This document shows, piece by piece, positions 1 to 14,369 of a DNA stretch of 64,000 nt. How positions within the stretch are numbered: position 1 is the stretch's first letter; each line of letters begins with the position of its first letter. The position numbers were made by a program, and so were the translations under genes. Origin of the DNA: Lingula anatina. Lineage: Eukaryota; Animalia; Brachiopoda. The notes under the pieces are model-generated. The model searched no databases and had not been told where the DNA came from. It was given only the letters and a program-made list of their open reading frames with translations. The DNA is taken from the NCBI GenBank assembly GCA_051362555.1, contig CM120643.1:14792644-14856643 (forward strand), in the 5' to 3' direction.

Positions 1-1899
1 TATTACTTGATGTTGCAGTTTGCATAAATTGGGCCCAAAAAAGCGGCAAGATTTATATCAACTCAACTCCCCCATATTAACAATGCACCCGTCATCAATG
101 GAATCATGTCTTAATTATATAATGAGTCCTTAATGTTAAGGGGTTTTTAATCTTAAGATCAGTAAGTCTAACAAAAAGCAAAGATAGTGCATTTAATTTC
201 ACGTTCATTGGATTACTATAAATATTAATGCAAGCGCAGTCACCAGTCTACTAGCTAGCTAAACCCTTGGTATAAACACATGAAACAGTGAAGGCATAGG
301 AAACAATGAAGCCATTAAGACATAGATACAGTTTTTTTTATATTGCAATATTTTTAATATTCAGTTAAAACGAAAGGATACGTTTAGAGCGCAGATACTG
401 CAGCAAGGTTGTCTCCGGGTCGGCATTGCTTTCTGTTACCTTTGGATAACAAATCAAATTCCGCAATATATATATACATGTACCCTTGGACGAATAAAAC
501 GTTTTATTCCTTAAATTTGTGCTCATTATTTGGCATGTTGTATTTGTGATCGAGAAAATTTGACACCAATTTTTAGTATAAATAGGAACTTAAGCTAGGC
601 GTTCATACGGAATTACTTCATAAAAAGCACAGGTGATGTAACAGCCAGCCCAGTTTATTTTAAAGTCATTTGCAGCCTTCTTTGCTGAAAATAAAGTGCT
701 TTCAGACAATTATAGAGGCGTTGCGGTGAAGGCGTTTTAGGTTTGTTATTCTCATCATGTTTATTGTACATGTATTATGCTGTTAAGTTGTTGTGTAAAG
801 AAATCTTGCGTGGTAAGAATATGATTGCAGAGACATGATGGCGGACGAGCGTATTTAGTATGAGTCTTGGACACTATAGCCTTTAATTTACAATATCCTG
901 TCTGGCTCTTAAGTTGTACCTGGCAAACAAGTTGACTTTAATTGCATCTGTAGGCCTTTGCTCACCACAAATGTGCAAATTAAACGCTGACATTGGAATG
1001 CACCACTGAATATTAAGTACTTTGAAAAGCATAATATTGGGAGCCCGAACAATTTACCACCAATAAATGAATGAGTTGATTAGCATTAGTATTAAAGCGA
1101 AAGCTCCGTTTCAATACTTAAGACGTGTGATAGCTGGGTAGGTAAGCGTACATGCATCATTCTTTTCATGGTATGATTACATACAGGCGCCCGTATGCCA
1201 GTACAGTGTGCTACCTGGAAAGTCCGCTTTTTGGTACTTATTTCTAGTCCTGGTTGTCTGTCTTTTCTTAATTTAGTTGGCAAATTATGTTGCACTGCTT
1301 GGCTTAGTAGTTTGGCTTCTTGCTACACTCCCGTTTGTTTTTATCAGCTTTTTGAAATCTGACAATTTCATATAAGTTTTTTTGTCTGTAACCACTGCCT
1401 AATGGCTGCCAATCGGACAACTGACCTATTTCAGCGCTGCAATTCTACGCAATCTCACGCTTGTCCCTGTACACAAGAGCTAAGCCTGGTCACTGGGTCA
1501 AACATGAGAAGATTATGTTTGAAGTAACGTATTACATATCTCTCTCTGGTGCTATATGGTCCGATTCCTTGCTGTGTTCCATATTACATATCACATATAG
1601 GCCTACTAATTATAAATGCTAATACACTGGATATCACAGCTGTAAACTTGCATAAGTTTAGTCTGCATATGTAAAATAAAAAATGACGGTTAAAAAATGC
1701 ATAGGTCACCACCTTTGTAGCGTCTTATTACCTTTTTACCATTCACGAAAAATACGAGGTCGTCTACCTCCATTCTGTCTGCAGTTGGTGACCTTTACGG
1801 TTAATATCCGGGTTAAAGATATACAAATATGGATTCCGAAAACGACCTGAAAAGCAGTCAGAGAGCGTAAACCTCCGTCAAGGCAAACCAATTATATAT

Positions 1900-1930
<31 letters not shown>

Positions 1931-3169
1931 TGCACAGACAAATAAATACACAAACTAATGGCAAGCAAAACATGACCGCCTTGAAGGAGGGAAATATAAT
2001 ACAATGTAGTAAAGCAGATGGAGTGTGTGTGCAGATGCCAAGTACCCGGTATCCCTGAAATCTTGATTATTTATTATCATACACTGCAATAACTGAAGGA
2101 TACAGGATTCTCTTAAACTGTGGTGGTGGTGTGGGGGGGGGGGGGAGGAATAAAACACTTCTCGGCGAATTAAAAAAGTGGACGGGGAGAATTTTACTGT
2201 ATGGAACATGACGGACATGTAAAGGGCGGTGAAATTGATTGCTTGACTTCGTAATTTGTTCTACCAACGAACTTTTGCAAATGAGCAGTATTTGGTTTTC
2301 CTCAGTTAAAGGACATCTGTACATGTATGTCTCAACGCGGAGGAAACCACAGCATGGAAATTCAAATACAAATAGTTCAAGTTTATATAAACAGTTCCAC
2401 TTCAAATAAGCATTGTAAAAATCATTATCTATTTCTTCAAACTTTTTTCTTTCAAGTGAACAATGTCTGCCCGAGGTAACATTAGGGCCGGGTCCTATAT
2501 ATAAGCTATATATATATATAATAAGCTTATTTTTGTTAATCACCATTAACTTGGTACATTGCTCTGACTGTGACAAGCCCATGAATATGCCGTCTTGGTT
2601 ATCGCAATTTGTATGGATGACCAATACAGTTTATTTACCAGCAAATATTTTGTCTGAAGGAAAACAGTTCCAGTGTTCAGATCATGCAGAATGGCAAGGA
2701 ACAGACCCAATGGTAATTACTTTCGGAAATTTAGGGTTTGTAACAACCCCAATATTTTGCACTCGCAAAAACAGAATAGCATGTTCATTTCTAAACGTAC
2801 TTTCAGGCCAGACGTTATGGACTACGAGAAACTGGGTCCTATTTGTCTTATTGAACCTATTGTCCACCAAGGTATGAAGGAGTGACAACTGATATTGATT
2901 GGTTCATGTGATTTGTGATGTAGTTTTCAACAATTAGAATATCTTAAATATATGTATCATATTTATCAACTGAAAATATATAAAAGTGCTAAAAATGTTT
3001 TGTCAAATGTAGTGACGATAAATTCACAGCCAGCTTATTTCAATACATAGGGTACCATTCCATATAGAAATCCTATATGACAAACAAAGCTTGAACAATT
3101 AACATGTAACTATAATAATTTAGCATGGTATCTGGCAAATCAGAGGCCTAGAATTCTAATAGGGGAACA

Positions 3170-3269
3170 ATGATAATAATTATAATAATAATAATTATTA
3201 TTATTGTTATTATTATTATTGGTAGTAGTAGTACTAGTAGTAGTAATAGTAGCAGCAGCAGCAGCAGCA
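3170..3269. repeat. Compound trinucleotide microsatellite (TAA/TTA/TAG/CAG)
   Basis: Direct reading. Confidence 0.9.
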
Positions 3270-5016
3270 TTCCCCTTCTGCCAACATGCCTAATTCCCAA
3301 CTCTATTAGTCGCATAAGACCTGTATAACCATGATCGGCTACAGGTGTCAGGTTTGATAGGTTAATGTCTTTATTCAAAGCCCACACTTTGACCTACTGT
3401 GTTTGCTATGATAGATGACAAAACCATGGATATATGAGAAGATGGCTATTATTGTTATGCATGGACTTGTGATTTACATAACAACAGTATAGTGACGCCC
3501 ATTCAAGACTCCCCCATTTAAAGTCACTCCGTGCATCTCAAATTGCTCTGTCTCAGTTGCTGTTATCCTCTTTTTAAAGTGAGATTTTTTTTCATTAGAT
3601 TCATTACATTAATCATAGAATGAACAATATTAAACTAAAAGCATCCAATGTCAACAAGTAATGTCTCACCTGCTCACCCCTGTCATGTAAAAGGTTAAAT
3701 ATCGAGTTGACAGTTTGATGTCCAGTTGACGATCTATACATCTCAGGCGTATCAGAATATTGGTCATTCACCCTGTATTATCTTCTTGTTCAAAATTAAA
3801 AAAATACGAACAGCTCTGCACATTTACAGCTTTATTACCATTTAAAGTTTGGTGTTTTGTAACATACATTCTGTTAAGTTGAGAGTATTTATAAAACCGT
3901 TATTTCATTGAAGATGGTGTATTTGCAACCTATTTTATTTTGATCTTTTTTCATTAGCAGTTTATTTTATTTTATTTTATTTTATTTTATTTTATTTTAT
4001 TTTGAATCAGTTCTACATCACCTTTCTGTAAGTACACTGCACTAAACAAAATATCGAGCATCTTATTTTGAGGCATAACAATCGAATTAGGAATACCCCG
4101 GGTTAATAAGACGGTACTTAGTTATAAATCCTTATTCTTTCACCAACGATTACATGTTCCACACTGCCGTATGTAACAAATACTAACGCCCGTTTAAGTG
4201 AGAAAAAAAAGTGATTAAACGCGTGGTTACACGTTTCATATCAGTTTTAACTTAAAAGAATACCGGACATCATTAGACCACCTGATCACTTAGCATTAAT
4301 TAGGTCCGCTTCACGAAAATAAATTGAGCAAAAAAACATTCGGACCAAAATTTAAGTTTCCTTTGGTCCAGTATAAATTTGAACATTTATTAGTCGAATC
4401 AAACGATTTTTGTTTTATATCAAGAAAGACATGGCTGATCTTTAAAACCCAGTGATATAGAAGTCTTAGCCGCCCTAGGGAACAATTACACTTTCCTCCG
4501 GTCTATTTTAGACAAGTTGTGGGCACGTTTATTGAAGTGCACAGAATAGTGAATACGCTGAGGTCGGTTAACACGTCATATGATGAGCAAAGTCAGCAGT
4601 GCAGAACGCATCTTTCTTTCCATTTGAAAAGGCCTTGTACATTATACCAGATCCTTTTCATGAGACTCAGGATATTCAGCTTTGTGGTTGACACGAAAAA
4701 TGGCGACGAGGAGATAGAGTGGTCGCGAAAAGAGATTGTTAGAACAGCTGTTTGACAAATAGACTTCACTAAAGTGCACCCATCTCATATCCGAGTTTGG
4801 AAGAAGCGTTACGTTGAGAAACAGAAGATGTAGATGCGTTTTTGAAGAGATGACGGTATATCGAATATAGAACTTATAGGCAACAGGTGTGTCTTCATTG
4901 CACAAGATGACACTGGGGATTCGATTCTAGGAATACGACTTGTCAGTTATCAGGAGTTTAAATCACACAACGTACAGACATCTAGTCATAGGAACTACAA
5001 AGCACAGATTTTAGAA

Positions 5017-5743
5017 ATGAGGCCCGGTGTGGTAATTCTTAACGTATGTGTTTTGGTGGCGCTGTGTGGGGAAAGCATATGTATCCCAACATCACGAGTG
5101 GGCGACAAAGAGAAAAAAGTTGTAAACACATTGGAAAAAATTCTCCTTCATCTGAATTTGGGGACTAATTCTGACGTTTCAACGGGTAAACGGTCTGATG
5201 AAAACACAGCTAAGCTAAAGAAGGCGGAAAAAGAACTGAGTGAATTATTGGCAGACGACAAAGCTGTAGCAGACGACAAGTCCCAAAAGCTTAACACTGT
5301 AGACGAGAGTGAAAAGACGGACAAACTGTCACTTGATTTTGACAATATTGCTCAGGATAAGGACATAACCTTTAAAGATGTTCGTCTCAATACGAAAGCT
5401 GATATTGAAATGTCGGGAAAGGAAAAGGTAATGTTTAAACATATCAAGATGGCAAAATGGCTGGGCCTTATAACAATTGGTATCAGTGATTTGCTGTAAA
5501 GAGGTGTGGGTATATGTACACTTCGGAGACACGTTCATCTTTTACTAAATAGATAGGGGGGAAGTTGAAGGCTATATTATTGTTAGTTATTTCATTCATT
5601 GTCTTCTGTTGGCCTACCCTCTGATATCAGGGGTTCTAATATAGTGCGCAAAATTACAGTATGCCATACAACATTTTTTGTAACAGGTTATTACTAGAAC
5701 ACCCTATGTTCAGAGAGTAATGTTGACCCAGAAAAAACGAAAC

Positions 5744-5782
<39 letters not shown>

Positions 5783-8700
5783 AATTGTCTTCAGACGTGC
5801 TTTTTTTTCGGGAAATGTGAATCCCCCCAATCCCCAATCCTTTATACTCATTTAATTAATTCCAAGGTCAAATCAAAGATGTGAAAGGTCTTCTTTCCAT
5901 TTCCGGAGAACGTAGAGGTGGCCATATTACGTATTTACGCCCATTTATTACATTATCATTGTGGAATAATTACCCAACGAATTACACTTCTACGTGGCGT
6001 GAAGGAATACCTGAATTCTTTAAAGGCGTATATTTTTAGGTTGAATAGCTGGCAGTATATTTCTCATGTATTTTAAGATAATTAATAAAGTTAGTATTTT
6101 TAAGGTAAACGTGGCTTTATTAATAACGCACTGATCAGAAAATAAGTATAAGTCTTATGTAACTGGTGATTTCACATTTTATTTTACTCACGTACAAACA
6201 CTTGACATACATGGCTTAGAATTGTTCACATTGATAACAAGCCATGGAATACTAGTACTATGCTTAGCACAGAGAAAATGAAAACCATAACTGAGAACTA
6301 AAATGCAGCTACTTACAGACCAGCTGTGAATTTTAATGGTGGTATATCTTTCAACAAGTAAATTTTCTGAATTATTTCAAACTGTAAAAGTGATCTGTTG
6401 GAGGGCATTGTTTGTCCACAGAAGTCGCTGATTATATGGGTTTCACAAAGGTCAGTTTTTTGCATTATTCGGGGAAGGGGGAGGGGGAGGGCACATCCAC
6501 AGCAAGAAGCGGAACATTTAGAGTGTATGCATTATATCATTTCGTCGCCTGGGGGGGGGGGTCTTAAATCAAGATAATACAAGATAATTAAAGCCCCATG
6601 AATTTCAGACTTCGCATCTCCGTGTGATGTATAATTACGTTGTGAGGAGGCGGTATCACGTCAAGAAAGCCCCCTGTAATACAGGGTGCAGTTCCCATTT
6701 ATTTGAGCAGCTGACCCCCGACCAAATCACTTATCCTAACCTGTTTGTATAGTATTTATTTATTAACGTGGCATGTGAATATATAAATATATTATATATC
6801 AATCACCTGGCTTCATGGGCCTACCAGTCACTGAACTTTGTACATATATTGATATATATAAACAAAAAAAAACAGACGAAGAATGAATATAATGAAAGGT
6901 GGACCCTCTGTTGCTCTAAACCCATGTTTCTTTACAGCTGTCTACTACCGCAATTTTAAAAATAATGATATTTGAAAATTGTGTATTATAGGCGGCATTT
7001 CTCAGTGACTTGGAGGAGTACCTGCACGGGCAGACGCTAGAGGAGCGTATGAAGGTATGGGAGGGGATGGCCAACCTCCGGGATAAGATGCTGGAGAAGA
7101 AAGGCGGAGTAGTAAAGGTAATTAAAAAATGAATATTTTTAAGGGGGGGGGGGGGGGGAGGGGTTAAAATTAGTCCCAAGATGAGTTACTCAAAAAACAA
7201 GGTATGAAATTTCTGAATCATCGAGAATATGTTGACTAATTATATACATCTAACACACATTCAAGTTTTAAAACTGACTTATACGTGTATCAAAGATAAC
7301 ATAATTTGTTTGGACTTTTCTGCAAAATGTTTGAATTAAAGCAACAGCCTGCCAGCTTATGAGGAATAAATTCTATCTTGCCATATTTCTTAGACAAGTA
7401 TTTTTGCTGGTTTTCCGATAACATTTGTGTAGGGAGGACTGCTACTTATATTTTTGTACTAATTACATGCACATCCAATATATTAATGATGGTAATTTAA
7501 GTTCTTTCTACGTTTTGTTAACCATTTACGGTATTATTAATTCTAGAAACAGCTTGGTACATTCGACATTGAGGATAACGATCTCTTCGAGGGTGACATT
7601 GTTCTCGATACAAAAGATATCAATGATATAGAAGACAATCTAGAGCAAGAAAGGCTTGCAGAAGACCCCAATGCTATATTAAAAACAAAGGTCAGAGCAT
7701 TAGTGAAAAAACTGACGAGCGGTGACTTAAATGACAAGGAAGAAAAGCTGCTGCAAAGCTTACGCGAAGCAGAAAAACACACCCACTCGGAAAAATACAA
7801 AGACGCTGCAAGAAAACGGGACTTTCTGGATGACGATGTTTCGGAAGAGGACGCTTTGGCGGACACTTTAGAAACCGTTTTATTGTCAACTGCAAAATTT
7901 ATGGACGCTAGAGATGAGCGCGCAGCAGACGATATTGACAAAAAGATGTACCCCGAGGAAAAATGGGATATGCCAATACGATATCGTTTTGACGGGACCC
8001 ATAGTAAGTATTGGAAATCTGGCTGATGCTTTAAACTAACAATCTGCCTTATGCAGAAGCAACTTTGCCAGAAAAAAATAAACATGTAGTTTGTAACATT
8101 AGACAGTCTTTTCGATGTAATCTGCTCAATTTACATTGTCTCCCACCCACTGTATCTGTATTGGAGATCTAAGGCCTGTTGGAAGTATTCGGTTACCCAT
8201 CCGCCCCTAGTATTAACTTACCTGCTTTAGTTCGTGTGGTAGGGCATAAAGATAAAATGAGAAAAAAAACAGTTGACGATGGTCATTTTGCTATAAGTGT
8301 AGGCTACAGGTTTGAAATAATTGCTTGGTTTTGTCTCGGCCCGTTATACTATTTTTTTATTTATTTTTGAAGGAGTGATATACATAATTGAAGGAACGGG
8401 GTACCTTTGAAACCTAAATGCCCGGTGTGCTCCCGGCCCCCTCCCTCCCATTAGCCGTAGTCTGAGCCTGCTGTGACTGAAGAGTAGCAGTTTGGCGCTA
8501 TCGTGTTTCCTTTTGATTCCATCAAAATCGATCATCCTAATTTCATGTGTAATGCTGATACCGTCCAAAATTCGTTGAAAATGATCATATTACTATAATA
8601 TTTAAATTTGAGCCTAGTGAAAAACACGCCAGTTCTTTTGTTCTAGGATTGTTATCAGTTGGTGAATTTAGAGGCTGTAGGAATCATATGTCAATTTACA

Positions 8701-11700
8701 ATGATTGATGTATTTACTTGTGGTTTGCTTTCATCAACAAGTCTTTAAATAATTCCTGTGAAAAAAGCGTTTTTTGGTGTGATGTCCGTGTTAATGGTGG
8801 GTGTATTTGTATACGTATAAAACATTATTTAAAATAAGTATTTGGAAAATAAATGACACCATATCTTTCTAGACGAAAAAGAACAGCATATTATCCACCT
8901 GGGCATCCAACTTTGGGAAAACAACACGTGTGTACGGTTCAAGTTTGAAGAAGGCACTGATCATATACCGGGGGACAATATAAGGTTTCACAAGGGAAAG
9001 GGGTAAGTACGATGAAATTTTCGGTTAACTTACTGACTTAGCCCAGGTCTTTTCTCACAGATGCACTTATATAGAACCGACAATTTAGTCAACTTTGACC
9101 CGAGATAAATCAGTTGTCCACTTAAACCAAATATTGTACCTGTTATGTGAACTATGACAGCTATTATACTGGACAACATACAGGGTCAAACAGAAATGAG
9201 TCCGTCAACACTTAATTCCTGAAGGACGGCAAATGCAAAGGAAACTTTCTTAAATTTGAGATGGTATACTTCGGATTTCCATAAAAGTTTTCAGTCTAAA
9301 ATGTGAGGCAAACCTTTGATTCTCGTGAATCTGGCAGCAGATTGCTCAACATAAGGTAATGATTGTAAAGACATGAGCGCTTCTCTGGGAAAGCCTGTCG
9401 CCTGGTGGCGTCATTTAGTCTGTATCCGGTCATAGTTAGAACTTTCGTGAAAACCACCATGGTATAACTGAGGGAAGGGCAGCCAGTAACGTGGTCTTAG
9501 CAAACTGGAGTTAATTGAGCAAAAACAACCTGCCAGAAAGTTGGTCGTATTCAACTCCACTGTGATTATATCCAATTTTAAAGAAATGTCGCATCGCCTC
9601 GTTGCAGAAAGGGTTTATGGTTTCAGACCTTCACCCCGATTGTTCTTCATATTCGAGCCTCATTGCACGTGTAAACAAGGCCACTTGGCCAAACGATCTT
9701 GCCAACAACCGTTGCATGTTGCTGGCTTTTTTTCAATTTGAAACATTAAGTCCACTTCTTATGATGGTGTGTTTTATTCCATTTTTTTATAGGTGCTCAT
9801 CATCGGTTGGTGAAAAATCGGGAAGTAACCACATTACACTGGGCGAAGGATGCTTCTTGGTAAATCTATAAAATCATTCCTTTTTATAGTGTTCGAAATA
9901 TCTTATACAGAAAAAAATGAATCTAGGAATATATTATTGTTTTATTGGTTGCTTCTATAACACAAAAAAACTCGATCTATAATTACTACCCAGTAATTAC
10001 CATAAGACAACAGCAGCGTCTTACATTTGTATTATATCTCCAGCCGGCGAGAGTTGCCCACGAGATCGGCCACACCCTGGGGTTCTGGCACGAGCAGAGT
10101 CGCCCCGACAGGGACAAATACGTTTCCGTCAACACGGACATCCTGAAGGACGACAAGTACGAGATCAACTTCCTAAAAATGTCCTGGAAGATGGAAGACC
10201 CGAAGGGTGTCGAGTACGACATGTCGTCTGTCATGCATTACGGTGGAAATGTTAGTATATATAAACCACTTAATTGGTTGAATATATATTTATTCTTTAT
10301 ATCTGTAGTCGATTAACACACGGCAGTAAATATTTAAGTTCCGGTTCTGAGTAGATAATTCTCCGTTCATCCCTTATGTAATAACGAGATTAAGACCCCA
10401 TTCCCAGAGATTAGATCGATCCAAACTAGATCGACCTAACTCCCTGGGGGTTCACGCTAAATAGATGTCAGCCGACCGGCCCCAAAAATTAATTACCCCC
10501 TTACAGCTTGTAGTAGGCGGGACGGACATTTAAGCCGGATTATCTGACAGTAATTTAGTGAGACTCCCCACGGGGATAGATCGATCTAAATGTCTGGGAA
10601 TACGCCCTTAAACTACTCAACTTTAAATGCGATAGTTAAATCATTCTGCGCTATAGATCACTGCCATTGTCTGTAAATGTATTAGGATGAAGAGTTGTCA
10701 ACCTCCTAATGATGACCTTCACTGGCCATGGATCTGTTGTTTAATGCACATTTTATCAACAACAGCATTTACATGTAAATAATACCTGCCAAAAGAAATT
10801 AATGAGAAAGTTCGGTTGCACTGACGTCACATTAGATACATTGTAGAAATAGAACATATCATTTAAAGTTTCATAAGTCCTAAAATGGAAGAATAAAAAT
10901 GACAATCGTTGAGGGAAATGTAAAGAGAGATTACTTACACTTGTATATCTACTATATTTCAGTACTTTATAAAGCCCGGTGCTCGAGGCTTTACCCTGGA
11001 AACCAAGAACCCGGATATGCAGAAAGTGATTGGTCAGCGGTTTTACCTATCCTTCCTGGATGTAAAGGCAGTAAACTACCGATACTGCTCAGGTAAAGTG
11101 TGTGATTTGAGATTTGCATAGATAATAAAAACCAAAGAAAGTTAACCAGTACTGCATTTGATGGACATGTTACTACTACAGGGGTATGAACAAGATTCCC
11201 CTTACGCCTTCGCTATAAGTGTTTGATTACAAATCTTATTGAATTTATACTTATAAACTGATTAAATCGGGATTTTTAGATTGAAAACAAAGAATCACAC
11301 TTACAAACACGCACTCGCACGCGAGCACACATACACAAACACACACACACACACACACACAATCACATACTAGTCACGGAGAGTTGACCTATATTCCTAG
11401 ACACGTGCAGTACTCCCAGTCTGATATGGGACAAGTGTGAGCACGAGGGCTACCGTGACCCAAAGAACTGTGACCAGTGCAGATGTCCGCAGGGATGGAC
11501 TGGAAAGTACTGCCAGGACGTGGACAGCGGTCAGTAGAAAATTGAGATGAATATCTAGTAACATGGTATTGCTTGTAACGAATCAAACTGTTATTCATTT
11601 TCGTACGTATATTTATTTCCTTGATGTCCCGTGTTCATGACAAAGCATTTAACCATCAGAATGTATTGACACTTTTGTCACTGTATAATCCCAATGATTT

Positions 11701-14369
11701 AAATGATTGTAATCCCAGTGATTTACCCAAAAATATGCAGTATTACTAAGTTGTCATATCCGGATTTTCCTCTTTGAGTTCTTTAGTCGTATATTCATTT
11801 TCTTGACAAAAATATATATCTACATACAACAGCAGTCTTATATAATCATATAATACTAGATCACAACCATGTTTTTTACTCAGAATGGCTTGTTTTATCT
11901 TCCACTTAGGCTCATGCTCTGACACTTCATTGATTGCTACAACAGAACCCAAGTTTCTGACGTCCCCTGGGTATCACGACAGCGGCTATTCTAAAGGGCA
12001 GTACTGTGCCTGGTTGATTACGGTAATATCACTTCTTTCCAGAAATCGTAACTTAGTTGATCACTTTTGTTTATCACGTCGGTCTGATCATCAAATCATC
12101 TAGGGACAACATTTCATTATTTCGCAGGTCACTGTTGTTGTGCCTACTTATTTTCAGTAACTTTTTGATGTTATCCATAACTGCATTTTAAACACTAGAA
12201 ATACTTACAAGTAAAACCCCAGTAGTGTTAAAATACAATGGTTCATGTGTGTACCTTTTAAAGAAAGGTATAAATATCAACAAAAATAATTAGATCAAGC
12301 TTCTTATCCAATGTCTTTTAGTAACGTCACTAACCACGTTCTTTTACTAAGGCTCCAGAAGGCATGCGCGTGACCGCCAAGTTTGTTGGAGATTTCGCTG
12401 TCCGCTCTGACTCCAACCTGAGCTGCGAACACCCTTTCTGCCAGGACTGGGTGGAGGTGAGATACCTGTCTCTGGCGCAGACAGGACCAAGGTAGGGCCT
12501 GCCAGTATTACACCGCTCTTATTAACTTAATCCATGATTAATTGCACTGAGAAAAAATACAAAAAACACGGAAAACGGAGAGTTCCAAGTAAAAGTTAAC
12601 TGATCATTTGGGAATGATTATAGTTGACAATACCTTAGGTTTGGGTTTCTTAAATGACATTTTGATTTTTTCATTTATAACTCTCCACATCAACTGAAAC
12701 CCGCAACCGCTCCTGCGTTGTGCAGCCTAGGGTGCATTGTTATAACCTTTTATTTTTCACAGATTACTATATACAGTGTTTCGCTCCTTTCTACATTGGC
12801 TGGGCATATCTATTCCTCCACTGACTGGCGCCAAGTTGTCTTAAGCCACCCTGGCCTTTCTCTCTGTCCACTGCCAAATAGCAATTCTTTTTCTAAATGA
12901 AGTTTGTTCACAAGAAACAGAGGCAAAATACAAGAAAATTAGCAACACCAACAGAAATTCTCCTTAGGCTATAATCACATTGACTTCTACAATAGGTTCT
13001 GCTGTAACGAGGCCCCCGAACACAGCTTCCGGTCAGCTGGCAACCAAATGATGGTGGTATTCAAATCATTCCTGGGCGACAACATCAAAGGTTTCAAATT
13101 GGAATACAAAGCAGGTGGGTGAATTCAGAGGAGAATTCCAGAGATATTTTCTTTTAGTCTTCCAAATTATCTCTATTGATCCATCCTCCATTTTTGACCG
13201 TCTCCCGACAGAAAAAATTAGATGCCTGTCACTGTAAACTTTAAAATCTAACCGTCTTCTGGAAGACCCAGAAGATGGTCTCAATCCCCCATGAGAATTT
13301 CATCAGCTGTGTTATGTTATAAAAATTAAGTAATTTTTTATCAATCAGCAGCTCAATATTGAAATAGTTTGCCTACAATATTTCGATGTCTAACAGAACA
13401 TCTTCATCGATAATAAACTGATGATTGAAGAAAAATTACGTAATTCTTATAGGAGGGTGAATTAAAATAGATTCATCAACAGTTACTGGGGCGGGAGGAA
13501 ACTTGTTTCATTTAATTATGTTGTCATGATTTCTACACAATATTCAATCTTATTTCTGGACATTAAGGTGTTTTGTCTGAAAATAATTTCATCAGCTGTG
13601 TTATGTTATAAGAATAAAGTAATTTTTTCTTCAATGAAAATATTGGAGGCTAACTATTTCATTATAAGCCGTTGATTGAAGAAAAGGTTACTTTATTCTT
13701 ATTAAGGTGTTTTACGTGTACGCGCTCCAGTAGTTCTGATTAGGTAGATAACTTTTAACTAAGCGATCTGTAACTTCAGAAAGATGTGGTGGGTGTTGGG
13801 AGGAGAAAAAGGACCTGGAAAAAACGTGTAGCAAGATCGTGAAACACGACTGCTCTGGAGTTTATTATGTGAAGTGTGGGCTGCTACACTGGGCTAGATG
13901 TAGCCGGTAAGTAACCTCTCTCCCTCTCTCTCTCTCTCTTTCTCTTGCTCTCTCTCTCTCGCACATACACACAGACACGCGTGCACACAAGCACACACAC
14001 TCTCTCACACAATCATCCTCACGGACACGCACAGGCACACACACACACACGCTACATATAAGCGTCCGTTAATCAGTTTTAATAGATATTGCATAACTTA
14101 ACTATAACTTCCATAACATGATAATGTGCAACTGTAGAACATGAGTGGTAAAGGTTTCGAAAATATTTGTTGAGATTCATTGAAACAAAATTGGAAGTAA
14201 AATAGTGAAATAGATAACATATCGCTTTTGATCTTTTTTCAGAAAAAGGCTGGATTACTGTTACAAGGAACATGAATTTTGTTGTGAAGGATACAAGAAA
14301 GTTGGATCACATTGTATCAGCGATGATGCCAGATTAGAACTGAATGAACTAATGAAAAAAATTGATTAA
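5017..14369 (+). CDS. Secreted astacin-family (M12A) zinc metalloprotease, blastula protease 10/SpAN-like: signal peptide, long propeptide, astacin, EGF, CUB, EMI-like; 760 aa
   Basis: 13 coding exons with GT-AG junctions and consistent phases: 5017-5427, 6992-7117, 7547-8003, 8873-9002, 9793-9859, 10044-10250, 10963-11092, 11401-11529, 11910-12022, 12352-12491, 12996-13114, 13780-13906, 14243-14369 (2283 nt, TAA). Signal peptide [18 protein letters not shown]; Asp-switch LFEGDI; WENNTCVRF; zinc motif [19 protein letters not shown]; Met-turn SVMHY; IGQR..LSFLD; [29 protein letters not shown]; CUB LTSPGY..CAWLITAPEG..DWVEVRY..GPRFC..GFKLEY; terminal CCEGY. Confidence 0.95.
10394..10607. mobile_element. 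PIF/Harbinger-type MITE in astacin intron 6
   Basis: Imperfect TIRs (..CCCATTCCCAGAGATTAGATCGA / TCGATCTAAATGTCTGGGAATACGCCC) flanked by TAA and TTA. A second full copy in opposite orientation lies at 63176-63376. Confidence 0.75.
13250..13713. repeat. Pair of short palindromic repeats with degenerate hammerhead-like cores (Penelope-like remnant)
   Basis: Units 13296-13451 and 13585-13702 share the leader AATTTCATCAGCTGTGTTATGTTATA and roughly 30-bp inverted ends. The minus strand reads CTGATGA-AATTCTC/GGGGATT-GAGA and TGAAGA-TGT..ACATC-GAAA. Confidence 0.5.

Noticed and set aside
7543-8085. 180-aa Ser-rich minus-strand ORF (also 5148-5345, 44282-44716, 28164-28892)
   Set aside because: Antisense shadows of real exons.
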